Assembly (NCBI RefSeq): GCF_000143415.4
Contig: NW_003314273.1
Span: 692,074 to 756,073 of the forward strand
Source: Selaginella moellendorffii
Lineage: Eukaryota; Plantae; Lycopodiophyta
Reading direction: 5' to 3'
DNA: 64,000 nt
In this document: positions 11,869-24,129 of the stretch, piece by piece
How positions within the stretch are numbered: position 1 is the stretch's first letter
Layout of the letters: each line of letters begins with the position of its first letter
Program-made: the position numbers and the translations under genes
Notes under the pieces: generated by a model
Database searches by the model: none
What the model saw: only the letters and a program-made list of their open reading frames with translations
What the model was told of the DNA's origin: nothing

Positions 11869-13475
11869 ATGGGCTCTGGCGCAAGGGTTTTGTGGCCGGG
11901 AGCTATGGCGGAGGCGCATTCTTCTTGGGAATTTCTGAAGCTCTTGCCGGAAAGGTATGCGCATTTTGTTTCCAATCCTCGAGATTCAGTGGGTTGATTA
12001 GTCTGAAACGGGACGTAGGATTTGTGATTGCTAGCCCGCCACTGCTGCTGGATTCCGACGAGGTTTGCTTTCTGGTGCTTTTAAAGAAATGGTACTGATT
12101 TTCCAATGGTTTTAGCTCCCTATTGCCTCGATCAGCGGATTGATTGGAGATTGCGCTGCCGGGTGGATAGAGGAGCTTGATCCTGGCCATGCAAGAGACT
12201 GGTTTCTATCGAGAAAATCCAGCAGCAACACGAGACTTGGTACGCTCAAAGTCGACGGTAAACCATGACGAGCGTTCTCTGTTTCTTTTTCTTTCTTTCC
12301 AGGTGATCACTTTGCAAAGTGTGTCGAGTTCGTGCTTCGTTTCGCTCCGTTGGAGGGAATCGACTCCATATTCTACTCCCAGCAAGTTTTGGAGCCCGTC
12401 ACAGTTGACAAGGATGAAGAAATGGTATCCACACGACTTGAAGGGGTTGATGGCGAGCAAACTGAGAGCGGTGGTGACAAGTACGAGAGGAGACGAGCAA
12501 GAAAACTGTTGCGTAGGCTTCACAGGAAAAGGATCTCCGTGAACACCGTTGGAGAGTTTGATTTTCTCTTTCGTCTCAAGCATCCGCAGCCATCTACGGT
12601 CGTGGAGCACTGGGAAGTCTCCGTGAAGTTTTTGCTCTACGTTGGGCCTTGGGAAGCCTTTGGTCTACAAACTCCAGAAGCCGCCAAGTGGAAGCAATTC
12701 AGGTCAGAACAGCAGATGGAGGAGATCTCCACCCACATCACCGCTTCGAGAAACGAGCGGTTTCTCGGGTNNNNNNNNNNNNNNNNNNNNNNNNNNNNNN
12801 NNNNNNNNNNNNNNNNNNNNNNNNNNNNNNNNNNNNNNNNNNNNNNNNNNNNNNNNNNNNNNNNNNNNNNCTCTGGCGGACAGGAAGAATCGACTCAAGA
12901 ACCAGCTCACTCTGCCAACGAAAGCTGCGGCTCTGGGGACACTAGAGTCGCTTTTTGGAAGTGGTGATATCCGAGTGAGCTCAAGGGCTCTGCTGCACGG
13001 CTACCTCTTCTACGAGCCTGCGCTGTGGAAGTTCCTGTGCACAACGAGCAGTGACTTTCGAGGCAGCGCGTATGGAGACTCGACCGTGAACTCTAGGCAC
13101 TGGAAAGGCTGGTGGATGGACGTGGAAGGATTCCAAACTTTCGCGTCGGCTCCAGAACGCGCGACGAGCAAGTGGTACATCGTTCCAAAGATGGAGTGGC
13201 TTTCTCCGGTGGTGATCCATGAAGACGAGGAGAGGTTTCTATACGGCGCGCTCAGCAGCGATGGACTGGTGGATATGGCTGCCAAAGTCGCCGAGGAAGC
13301 GAGCAGGATGGACAGGGACAGGATGAGACGCTTCATGGTGGCGGAGATTTGTCGGCAAAGCGATGAGTGTCACTGGATTTGGAGTGAGACGAGCAGGGGT
13401 TTTATCGTCGAGGATTCCTGGCCGGATACCAAAGCTTACAGTCCTCACGGCTTCGTTATGTCTTGGGGTCTGTGA
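11869..13475 (+). CDS. DUF1853-family protein (PD-(D/E)xK nuclease-like), spliced; interrupted by assembly gap
   Basis: Exons of about 11869-11954, 12002-12062, 12116-12239 and 12303-13475 join to give KRDVGFVIASPPLL...TRLGDHFAKCVEFVLRF...VGEFDFL...HWEVSVKFLL...FLG[gap]LADRKNRLKNQL...HGYLFY...GWW...PKMEWLSP...SRGFIVEDSWP. This is the motif order of DUF1853 as I recall it. Confidence 0.75.
12771..12870. other. Assembly gap (100 N)
   Basis: Run of N. Confidence 1.
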
Positions 13476-13952
13476 AGCTGGAAAAGAAGAAGAGTGGAAA
13501 TCCGCTACTCCATCCATACGATGTTCACAAGAGCTTGGAAGATTTCCGATGCTTGGAGATGATCACGAGAGTTTGGAAGTTTTCCGAAGATCACAAGAGC
13601 TTGGAAGTTTTCTTTTTGCTGCTGGATGATTTGATCAACCAAGAACTCTCTCTTTTTACAGTTCGAGCAGCAAAGTTTTTGATCTTTGGGAAAGATTCCA
13701 CTGGCTGAAACGCACTGAAAAAGTCCTCATTATAATGTAACGTGGGAGGAATGATGAGCTGGATCCAACGGCCAGCGAGGCTCCACGTTCCCGCCATTTA
13801 TACCGGGCTAGGGTTTTCTCCTCCTGGGCCGGCACGCGACGGGATGATCCTCCATTCGAGCTCGTAGATCTGAGGCGCCGCGCTCCTCCACCAATTCCCG
13901 AGCTGATCAATTGGAGCGCGCGCCTCGCGGATCCGAATTTGGTGGAGGAAAC

Positions 13953-14815
13953 ATGGCGTTCGCAGTGAGGCAGCAAAAATGTAAGTCTTGCGAGAAGACA
14001 GTGTATCTGGTAGATCAGCTAAGCGCCGATGGGGTGCTCTATCACAAGGCGTGCTTTCGATGCCAGCATTGCAAGGGAACGCTCAAAGTAATGTTTTTGG
14101 CCATCGTTTTCCCATTTCTTCTCCTTGTGAATTTTTTTTTTTTCCTTTTCAGCTTAGCAACTATGCATCGTTGGAAGGCGTCTTGTATTGCAAGCCACAT
14201 TTGGAGCAGCTCTTCAGAAAGACTGGAAGTTTTGACAAGAGTTTCGACAGCGGTAAAGTATTTTTCTTGATGAAGAAAAATGGCATTCTTATGGTGTTGC
14301 TTTCCTTCCACTCTTTTCCTTTGCAGTTGGAACGCCGAAAAATTCGCTCAAACAAGAACGTGAACGTGAAACGGTTCGTCTTAGTCGTTCGTGACTTTAG
14401 ACATGGAAGAAAGAAAAGCTTCACTGAAAACGATAACTTCTCCTTCTGTGCAGGTCCCCTCGAAGCCAGTCGTGAGCAAGCTGAGTAGATTGTTTTCTGG
14501 AACTCAAGAGAAATGCGTCAGCTGCTCCAAGACGGTGTACCCTCTCGAAAAGGTGAGAAAGAAACTTCGAGAAAAGCCGTGGAGCTAAAGCTTTTCTCTG
14601 CTGGTTTCCAGGTTAGTGTGGAGGGTCAATCTTATCACAAGTCTTGCTTCAAATGCACGCACGGAGGTTGCGTAATCAGCCCCTCAAACTACGCAGCCCT
14701 GGAAGGTATGCTGTATTGCAAGCACCACTATTCACAGCTCTTCATGGAGAAAGGAAACTATAGCCAGCTTACCAAAGCAGCGTCGATGAAACTCCCGGCC
14801 AAAACGGAGTTGTGA
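13953..14815 (+). CDS. Plant two-LIM-domain protein (WLIM/PLIM-type actin-bundling)
   Basis: MAFAVRQQKCKSCEKTVYLVDQL...YHKACFRCQHCKGTL...LYCKPH and FSGTQEKCVSCSKTVYPLEKV...YHKSCFKCTHGGC...LYCKHH; 4 GT-AG introns. Confidence 0.95.
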
Positions 14816-15492
14816 GTGACGATTTGATGATGCGACTGGGAAGACTGGAGCAGGGATTTGGAGATGAGTCGCTTTAATCCATTTGAAGGGGCCTCGGATT
14901 TGTTTGGTAAGCCCGATTCGTGCGTAGCTTTCTTCTACTCTCTTTTTCCTGTTTGTCTTTCGCGATAATTGTCCCCCTATAGATTATGACAGACACTCAG
15001 CACATTGAGCGAAGAGAAAAGAACGAGAAAAAAATATTTGCCGAGATCTCACAGCTGTGGTGTACTTGTCACTTATTTATTTTGTGGAAGTTTCCATCTA
15101 AAACACAATAAAGAGATTGGTGTGTAGGACGGGACACCTGTCAGATGAATGAATGTCTAGTTTGTGAAGTCTACGTCTTGGCTTTAACTCTTATTGACTA
15201 GCTGTGGATTTTAGAGCGTGAGACTTGGTCGAGAGGCATAGTCTATTTCTCTTTTCATTTGCAAAGGTAGATATAGAAACGTAACCGCTAGCTTGGTCGT
15301 GATCAACGCGTGTTTGTGGATTTTTTTTACAGACTTTGAAGACTTGCCACTGTATATAAACCACACACTTTCCTCTGGCAGATTTATCATCTCTCTTCCA
15401 TCACAACTCGTTCGCTCGTTTCTTTCTCCTTTTCGCTCTTCTCAGTTTCCGGAGATCATCTTTCCTTTGGTCTAGATCTTGATCTTCTTGCG

Positions 15493-16365
15493 ATGGAGTA
15501 CAAGAAGTTCATAGTGGTGGTGATGATCTTGGGCGCTGTCGCAGGGAATGTGTTTGTGAGTGCCGCCGACCCCGACCCGCTGCAAGATTTCGACAGCCCG
15601 GGAGCTCTCAGCGACTTCGTGCTGCGAGATGTGTTCAAGAATGGCGACGTGAGCAATGGACCTGGTGGCCTTCGCGCCGCGATCAACATCACACTCTTCC
15701 CAGGAATCGAGTACTTTGTCTTCCGCTTTGCCTTTCGTTCTGTTAGCTCGAGTTGATGGAGGTTGTCCTTTGTTTTGCTTGCAGGTCCCAGGGGATAACT
15801 TATGTACACTTTAACATGGTTCCCTGTGGAGTCAATCTGCCACACACGCACCCTCGAGCATCAGAGCTCCTCACATTGGTCTCTGGCGGGCCTCTTCAAG
15901 TTGGATTCGTGGATACAGCCGGTACGAAATCTCTCTCTCTCTCTCTCTCTCTCTCATGCCGTGATTTTTTCCAGGAGTACCACGCATCAACCTTTTGCAC
16001 CCGGGCGATCTCACGGTTTTCCCGCGAGGAACGATGCACTTTGAGATCAACGTTGGGACCAAGCGTGCGTTTTACATCTCGGCCCTCAATAGCCAAAACC
16101 CAGGAACTCTGGTAAACAAAAAAGCTTCGCACGTTTTTACAATGTTTTCTGATCCTGTTCTTTTTTTTATTATTCTTTCGTGTGTGTGTAGACAAGTGGT
16201 GGTGCTCTCTTGATGATCCCGGACAGGTCCTCTGCAACCGCGCTTAACGTAGGGCTGGACATGATCCGGAAGCTCAAGGAGAATATGCTGCCATACACCC
16301 CGCAGCTCGAGTTGGCCCCGCCAGCTGTGTGCGTTCCCGGGCGAGACATCACCACCAAGATTTAA
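15493..16365 (+). CDS. Germin-like protein (cupin), intact copy
   Basis: Signal peptide, DPDPLQDF, germin box GVNLPHTHPRASELL and box GDLTVFPRGTMHF; 3 introns. Confidence 0.9.
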
Positions 16366-16503
16366 AGAAGTTTTTTGTCCTTGTTTTTTACATTGTCATT
16401 AAAATAAGCTTTTTTGTCTCCATCTTTTTTTTGAAGCTGCCTTTTTTGCAAATTACTATAAACAAATCCTTTAGGTTTTCCTAACTACTCATTTTTTCGA
16501 GTG

Positions 16504-17512
16504 ATGGCAGAGTATGTGTGGGCAAGTGACGCGAGGTTGCTAGGCGCTGGAGCGGACGGAGAGGTAAGGGTTGGGTTCCACCAAAAGACTGGAGACAAAG
16601 TAGCCATGAAGAAGATGTACGAGCACGAATACCTTTACGATACCATCATCAACGAGTCGGAGATCCTGGAAGAGGTAGCGCACGACAACGTTGTCAATCT
16701 TCTTGGGTTGACCTGCAACAACCAGGGGACATTCACGGTGATGGAGCTCATGGACGGGAGTTTGCGCGATGTGATCTTGGCGCAAGCTTGGCGAGCACGA
16801 CATCAAGGCCGTGATGCGCCAGATCCTGGAGGGCCTGGCGTGGATTCACGCGCACAGAATCGTGCATCAAGACATCAAGACGAGCAACGTTCTCGTCAAA
16901 AGGGATGGAGAGAAGAATAAGTTTGTGGTGAAACTGGCGGACTTCACTACTGCGAGGAGGCTGCAGACACGTCCCTGGTCAAACAAGGTCGGGACCCTAA
17001 CGTTTAACGCTCCGGAGCTTCTCAAGGGTGCCACCAGCTTTGGCACCGCAATCGACGTGTGGAGCGCCGGGTGTATATTCGAGGAGATGCTCCTGGGTAG
17101 CAATCCCTTTGACGTGCCCGACGAAGAGGATGGAGACTCGCTCAACTATTTTGTGGCTGATTTTGCCAAGAAGCTGGACATCGATGGCTGTGGCATGGGC
17201 TATCAAGACAGGCGCCGAGAACGAGCACGCGAGAGGATCTTGCAGAAGATGGCGTGGTGGAAAGCCGAGGACGTCAGAAGCAGAATTAAAGACCCCAATG
17301 CAGTGGAGCTGCTCAAGAGGATGCTGGCGATTGATCCAGCGAGGAGGATCTCGGCACAAAACGCCTTGAAGATGCCATATTTCCAAGAGAAGGCCGAGGA
17401 CACAATTGTGGAAGCCAGGCGAATGCTTCCGACAATGACGATTGCGAGTGGAAACTTGAGGCCAGCTTGGCTTAAAATCAACAACACAACCCCATCAATA
17501 GCTATAATGTAA
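16504..17512 (+). pseudogene. Intronless Ser/Thr protein kinase (CDK/MAPK-like) with a frameshift near 16778
   Basis: LGAGADGEV, VAMKK and ESEIL lie in one frame; HQDIKTSN, LADFT, APE, DVWSAG and DPARRISA lie in another. The frames join after ...LRDVI with a 1-nt shift. Confidence 0.8.
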
Positions 17513-17724
17513 ACAATGTTTGTGAAAAATTGCAAAACATTTTATCTTTTTCTCTAAGTAGATCATATAAAAACTTAATCATGTTCAAACAATGCTAAAG
17601 ACTGTAAAGTTTTTGCAAAACTTTATATTCCTTTTTCTTGGCAAAAAGAATAATTCAAGAGAGGGGATCTTAAGATTCATATCAAAAATCTTTTGTATTG
17701 TTTGTAAATGATGAACCACTTGTG

Positions 17725-18808
17725 TTACCGTTGATGGTGGTGGTGACCCTGGAGATGGTGGTAACGAGCGCCACCACGGGAGCTATTCACAGCACGAGCA
17801 CGACCACCATGACCAGCAGCATTAAGTACTATATCTTCCAAACCATGGCGGCGGGGCGGGCGGCGCCGCTGCTGCTGCTGGGCTCCCGCGCCGCTGGGGC
17901 AGAACTCGATGGCGTATCCAGCCCCGGACGCGCAGGTGAAAGTGCTGCTCAGGTCGTCATACGCGTAGCTGTAGGCCTGGGGGCAGTGCTGCTTGAAGAT
18001 CCGCGAGTACTGCGTGGGCGAGCACGACTGGGACTGGCTGTGCGCGCCACGGCAGCAAAACGCATCCGTCTGGAACGCCTCGCAAGCGCTCTTGCAGCCG
18101 ACGACGCGGCCATGGATCGCCACCTGGAGCTCGCGCGGGCAATTGGCGTTGACGTCGCTGTGGCAGCCCACCGCGGGGCAGCGCGCGTCCGAGGGCGTGA
18201 CGCGGACGGGGAGATTGTAGCCATCCACGAGAGAGACGTCGTAAAAGTCGCGGGCGTCGTAGCCGTTGAGCTTGAACTCGGTGAGCGTCACGGGCGGTAT
18301 GCCGCCGGCGGCACCGCAGGCGAGGGAGTTGCCACAGTCGCCCGTCTGGCACGTACCGCGGCCGGTGGCGGTGTCGAAGAGGCAGCCCGTGCGGCCCCAG
18401 AAGCGGCCGCCCCAGCCGCGCGGTACGTCGAGCTGCATGGACTGCATGGACTCCAGCTGGGCGCCCAGCTGGGGGAGCTCGCCGCCCTCGCCGCTGATCC
18501 ACCCCGGCCACACTGGGAATGGGCACGAGTTGTTGATTGCGATCGTCACTGCCCCTGCGAGAAACAATCCATTAGGCTCGGCGCATGGAACTAGGAAGGG
18601 ACACTCGATCAATCCGGGCGTCATGAAATTCTCTCCTCGGATCGCAATCTTGAAGAAGAAGCGGGAACAGAACCAAGATCGAGGATTTCTTTGCTTTTCT
18701 TTGCTTTTTCCTCTCGGCCAAGAACAAGAAGGATGGGCATTGTTTACCTGCATTGTGGAGGGCGATCGAGAGAAGGACGAGGAGGGCGGTCGCCGCCATC
18801 GACTCCAT
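17725..18808 (-). CDS. Thaumatin-like protein (PR-5)
   Basis: Signal exon MESMAATALLVLLSIALHNAG, an intron, then INNSCPFPVWPG, GRFWGRTGC, CQTGDCG, DFYDVSLVDGYNLP, CKSAC, FKQHCPQAYSYAYDD. Confidence 0.93.
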
Positions 18809-19229
18809 TGGATCGAGCTGCTCTTTCGAAGCTCGCCGCGCTCGCTGGGATGAGGAGAGAGAGGATGAGATGATCTTGGGCGCCCTTTAAGGCGAAGGCC
18901 AAGAAGTGTCAACAGACAAATAGATGGGTAAAAATTAGGCTGTGAGTCGGTCGGATGGACGGGCAGGTCTTTTATAGTCAGCGCATTGTCTTTGACAAAA
19001 GGCCGTGGTGGTGCGTTGCTATTTCTTTCATGGTTCCAGCGTGATCAAACTAACTATAACAAAAGGCCTTGATCATTTGAAACTTTACCCCCTTCCAAAG
19101 CAAAAGTATAAACGTCCAACATAAACTCTCAAGTAATATTCTAACTAAAAGAGAACTTCTAAATTTTTTTAAAAGTTAAGAAAAAAATGTACTCTTAATC
19201 ATGAGTCTTAAACCTTTAAATTTGAACTT

Positions 19230-20480
19230 AAAGTTGTGTTATATATATCTATTTTAATATAATAATTAGACTAATCACGTATACTACATTATTTCCAAAT
19301 AAGTTAAATGGTATTAATATAGTATTTTAAATGTTTTGTTATTTGCTCTCCCTTTTTTTAATTAAGGTAATTAATAGTTGATATTATAGTGAGATTAATG
19401 CTTGAGATATATCTTTTAAGATTTATGATGAAATGGTTTTATTTTCTTATTGGAGAATGCTATGTTGATCTAATTATTTTTATTAAAAAATCATAAACTA
19501 GTAGTAAGTTTTATGATATTTTGTAATTTTTAACTAATAAATGAATTTCTATCACTATAAGATTTATTTCAAACATTTTAGAATTAGTCAAAACACAGAA
19601 AAAACCTCCTTAATAAGTAGTGGTAAAATATAATGAAGCTAAGAATAACAAACATCATCCCTTAGCACTTTATATTTTTTTTATAATTAGGGAATATTCT
19701 TATTATTTACCAATATGACAGTAGAATATTTTAACAATTTGTTTTTTTTCTTGTGTTATCAATAACACTATCACTATGATTAGTGACACTCAAGAACTTT
19801 TTGGTATAGTATTTTGAATAAGTGGATCTTTAAAAAAAAAATTTACTGTTTTGTTTGTATGTCTCTGAACAAGTTAAACAAAATTAAACTTTACTTAAAC
19901 TTATAAATTTTAAAACAAAAAATTCAAATATTTATTAATACTTTTGGATTAGATATTTCTTCTTGGTTGCATGTCTGCATCATTCTTTCTCATAAGCATT
20001 ATAAGTGGTAAATTTAATTTTTAAAAGTTTTTATAAAAGTATCTATATTAAAAATAAAATAAGTTTGATATTTGGTTTTATCAAATAAAAAAATGTGCTT
20101 AAAGTTGATATAATAATGATTGGGAATATCTTCAAGTTGAGTAACAATTTTTTACTTTTAACTTAGCTAAAAAATAAAAATATTTTGAGTGAAGAAAAAT
20201 ATCGATTGTCTTTATGATGATAATAAAGTTTAGTGAAAGTTTGAAGTTTGCATCTATTTAATGACTTTGTATTAATAATAACTATTGAACTCAGTGTTTG
20301 AGTATTATTTCTAGAGCTATGAAGTTTTTAATTTATTAATCTGTATGATAGAATAAAGATGAATATACTAGAAAGTGTTTATAATTTTAGGAATATACGT
20401 TTGAATATCCTAAGATATCTATATATATTCTAGGTATATTCAGTACTTATGACTATTTTTAGATAACAAAAAAACTAAAG
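19230..20480. repeat. AT-rich block repeated at 25160-26105 (inverted), 40330-41546 (direct) and 52625-52910 (inverted, distal part)
   Basis: Shared strings such as TTCTTATTGGAGAATGCTATGTTGATCTAA and GTTGAGTAACAATTTTTTACTTTTAACTTAGC, and their reverse complements. Confidence 0.85.
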
Positions 20481-20805
20481 CATCTAACAGAAAACTCCCA
20501 GCCATTGATACATTTTACCAGCCATGGAATATTCTTGTGGAAGTTAGTCATGTGATTCAAGGACATAGAATTTATGACTGCCGGTCCACCATCCACCATT
20601 GTTGCTTTGTTTGAATTGCTTGGAAATTGTGCTGGGTAGCTTCACTCTACCTGGCAAGAGACTGGTTTGTATCCAAAAAATCCAGCAGCAGCACGAGACT
20701 TGAGTTTGTAGTTGAAACTCCATTTTCTGTGTTCAAAGACGTCAAACAGAGAGCAACTGTTGCAGGGGTGCTGCATTACGAAGAAAGCTTCATTTCAGAA
20801 TGTCC

Positions 20806-21156
20806 TTAAATCATTGTGGTGATGTCTCGGCCAGAAATGCACATGGCGGGCGGGGCCAACTTGAGGCGGGGGATATATGACAGCATATTTGCCTTGAGCT
20901 TCCATATCATGTCCAGTCCTACGTTGAGCGCCGGCAGAGAACCTGTCTGGGATCTTTAAGAGAGCACCACCACTTGTCTACACACAAAGAAATGGAGTTA
21001 AAAAAACATAGAGAATAATGAGAAAACTTGCAAAGTTTTTGTATGGCTGTTGAGAGCTGAGATGTAGAATGCAGGCTTGGTGCCGACGTTGATCTCAAAG
21101 TGCATCGTTCCCTGCAGGAATATGGTGATATCACTTGGGTACAAGAGGTTGATGTG

Positions 21157-21216
<60 letters not shown>

Positions 21217-21584
21217 ATCGGTCGTATTTCCTACCGGTTGTATCTACAAATCCAACTTGAAATAGCCCACCAGAGACCATCGTGAGGAGCTTGGAAGCTC
21301 GAGGGTGCGTGTGTGGGAGATTGACTCCACAGGGAACCATGTTAAAGTGGACATAAGTTATCCCTTGAGACCTGGAAAAAAAAGAAAGTAAAACCATGAA
21401 TGGATTATTTATTGTGGTATCAAGCAAAGGCAAAGAGGAAGAAATATACGTGATTCCCGAAATTGCTGAGACCCCTGGATCCCTCGAAATCTCGCAGCAG
21501 GTCAGGGTCGGCAGCACTCATAAACACGTTGGTGGCGGCAGCACTCAGGATCGTCACCACCAGCATCAACTTCTTGGATTCCAT
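20806..21584 (-). pseudogene. Germin-like pseudogene (exon 1 deletion, frameshifts)
   Basis: SQGITYVHFNMVPCGVNLPHTHPRASKLL and GTMHFEINVGTK are retained, but about 70 bp of exon 1 is missing and the metal-binding Glu is changed to Lys. Confidence 0.85.
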
Positions 21585-21756
21585 CAAAGAAAGATTATGT
21601 CGATGAGATTATTAGACTTCGAGAAGACTGTGAAGAGCTCCGGCTAAATTCCTTCTATGACAAAGTCGTTAGAGAGTTTGATCAGAATACGGTTTTCACA
21701 GAGCCATTCTAGTCAGGAAAATTACAGTTTAACTATCAAACGACTTCACAAGAAAT

Positions 21757-24129
21757 TCAAGCGTCATCCTCCATCTCTGTGTCTTCATCTTGTGTGTCAA
21801 AGTCGTCCTCATCATCTTCCTCGACTTCCACTGCAAAGATAACTCAACAGTTGGTGACTAAACGAAAGAAGGAAACGAAGCTTACGTCCATGGCCGACTT
21901 TGCAATCACCACATATCCAGACCTCCTCGTTTCTGTAGCTTGTACATCCCACGTGGTACCAACTGTTGCAGAAGCTGCAAAGCACTTCCTCCGGAGTCTT
22001 GTCTTTGCCACATTGTCGACAAAACATGTCCACTTTGCCTCTCAGTTCTTTGACCCGCTCATCAATAGAGCTCAACGCGTAGTGCAAATCTCCGAATAGC
22101 GTGAACACTTCCTCGTAGTCTGCTTCCTTATCCTCAGGGACGTAAGCGGATTCTTCAAGGTCGGAAAGAACCCAGACGAGAACCTTTCTTCTGGAGTTCC
22201 CTTTAAAGATCTTTTTTGCGACTTCTTTGGTGTGACGGTGAAGCTTCACGGCATCTTTAGCAACGCTTATCTGGAAGACGATGAGCACCTGCTGGTCGGC
22301 ATAATACACATCGGCTCCAATGTGATTGTAGTTCTGGTTCACGAAGAGCGTCGGACTTCTACTCACCTTTTTCAAGCTGACCATGGATCGCGTCATCTTG
22401 TCAACGGGCACAACGTGGAGATGGTGACTCAGTGTCACATTGGCCCCTGTTATGTCGACGTTGAGAAGCTTCAGGGCAAGTATTGTGGCTTCCTCAGCAT
22501 TCCACCCAATGGTGCACATGTTCCTGCTTTCTGAGATACCCTGCGTGAAGTAGCGAACTTCTGCTTCCATGTCGCGGTCCTGCTTCCTGCGTAGCTCTTG
22601 AGCTAGCCAAACATGAGCAAGCGTCTGCAAATGCTGCGTCAGACAGTGACCTTTGCCGTCAGCACCGCGATAGTAACACCTGGAGTCCATGGCCTCGGAT
22701 AGAACAGAGATGCGTCTCCCTGCAATAGCCTTAAGGAGCTCGTTCCGAGTCCGTCGTCCATCACTGTTGTTGACCGGCTTCCAGATGACTTCAAGCAGCG
22801 ACTTCTCAAGTCCCTTTACATTCTCGCCCAACAGGTACTTGCTTGAAAGGCGCCCCTTCTTTAAACGGATCCAGTAATCAACCAGCCGAGGCACTGTGCC
22901 AGTCAATCTGTAGTCCAGCTCTTCAAAACTCATGCCATGACGTTTCAAGTAAACTCTGAGATCCGTGAACTGTCGAAAAACAAAATTGAGCTCAGCGTAA
23001 GTAAAGAATGACACTTACGTTAAATCCCCCCACGCAAGTGCGGAATTCTACTTCATGAGTTTTAAAAATCTCTTTCCTCAAGGAGCTCCTCACAGAGGCA
23101 CAGATGACTGTGGTGCACTCGAGAGGGATTTCATCGATAAAGCCGCGTGCAGCCATCTTCCGATTGCTTACAGACGGTGAATCGTCCTTGCTCACATCCA
23201 TCGCATTTCCATCGTCAATGAAAATGAACATTTTCTCCCCCCGTGTACGTAGGAAATCAAGCATTTCTTGGGCGTCCTCGTTCGCAGCTATCAGTCGCTT
23301 GTGAACAGCCGGCTCGTGGATATAGGCCAAAACCAAGGCTCTGTATACTGCTCGCACCGGATCCTTCACGAAATAGTTTCCAGCCAGAAGTAAGAACCGG
23401 CATGTCGCAAGATCTGGCATCTTCGTTTCCCTCTTAGCAAGCTGGTTCGCTTCACCCTTGCTGGTAATCTCTGGTTGCTTGCTGGTAATGTTTGGTGGTA
23501 TCTCCTGTTCACCCGGTGCCCCCATGTCTAGCGGAATCACGCGAACGTCCAACAAGTTGCTGATTGATAAGGCAAAATTCGCGTTAGACAATGCATGTAG
23601 AGCTGCAAAACAAGAGGCCTTACCTTGGGACATTGACGGTAACCTCTGGCTTGATCTCTTCACTCTGTGGTAACCCTTGCGTTTCCTTGAGCTGTTTGGC
23701 CTTGATTGCCAAGTGCGACTTGACAAGCAGAAAGCCCACTCCAGCACAAATGCTGACACTTTTGCCAAACCCGGGTGTCCCTGTGATGTACTTAGGTTTC
23801 GCAAAGGGCAGCCGCAGCCTGGGACGATCATCCCTGTCGCTAAGAAATACGAAATCTATGAGATCCTTCGTCACCTTTCGACCCATGTAATCAAACTCTC
23901 CCAGATTTCCACTCATGTCCGGAGCCAACAGCCGGCACCACGTTTCGTTGCTCGTTAAGCTCTCCATTGTCAGATGCCCAAAACATTCCTCCAATCTCAC
24001 GGAGAATGCCCAAGCTTCCTCGAACTCATCCATGACCTTACTTCTTTTCTCTGTAACCACAGATGGGAACTGTGCGAAACGCTTACCGCTTCCGCTGAGC
24101 TCCGCCATAGCTTTAGGTTTAGAAAACAT
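21757..24129 (-). CDS. Crinkler/RHS-like P-loop NTPase + REase-fold nuclease + PHD finger protein, copy 1 (~734 aa)
   Basis: Exons 24129-23624, 23559-23019, 22969-21886 and 21830-21757 are joined by GT-AG introns of 64, 49 and 55 nt and stay in frame (2205 nt). Motifs: FDYMGR, Walker A ITGTPGFGKS, Walker B FIFIDD, GWNAEE...NHIGADVY...IVFQISV...H (PD-(D/E/Q)xK-like), C4HC3 PHD CRQC...CSFCNSWYHVGC...WICGDC, acidic tail. Confidence 0.75.

Noticed and set aside
17698-18594. 298-aa plus-strand ORF
   Set aside because: Antisense shadow of the GC-rich thaumatin gene.
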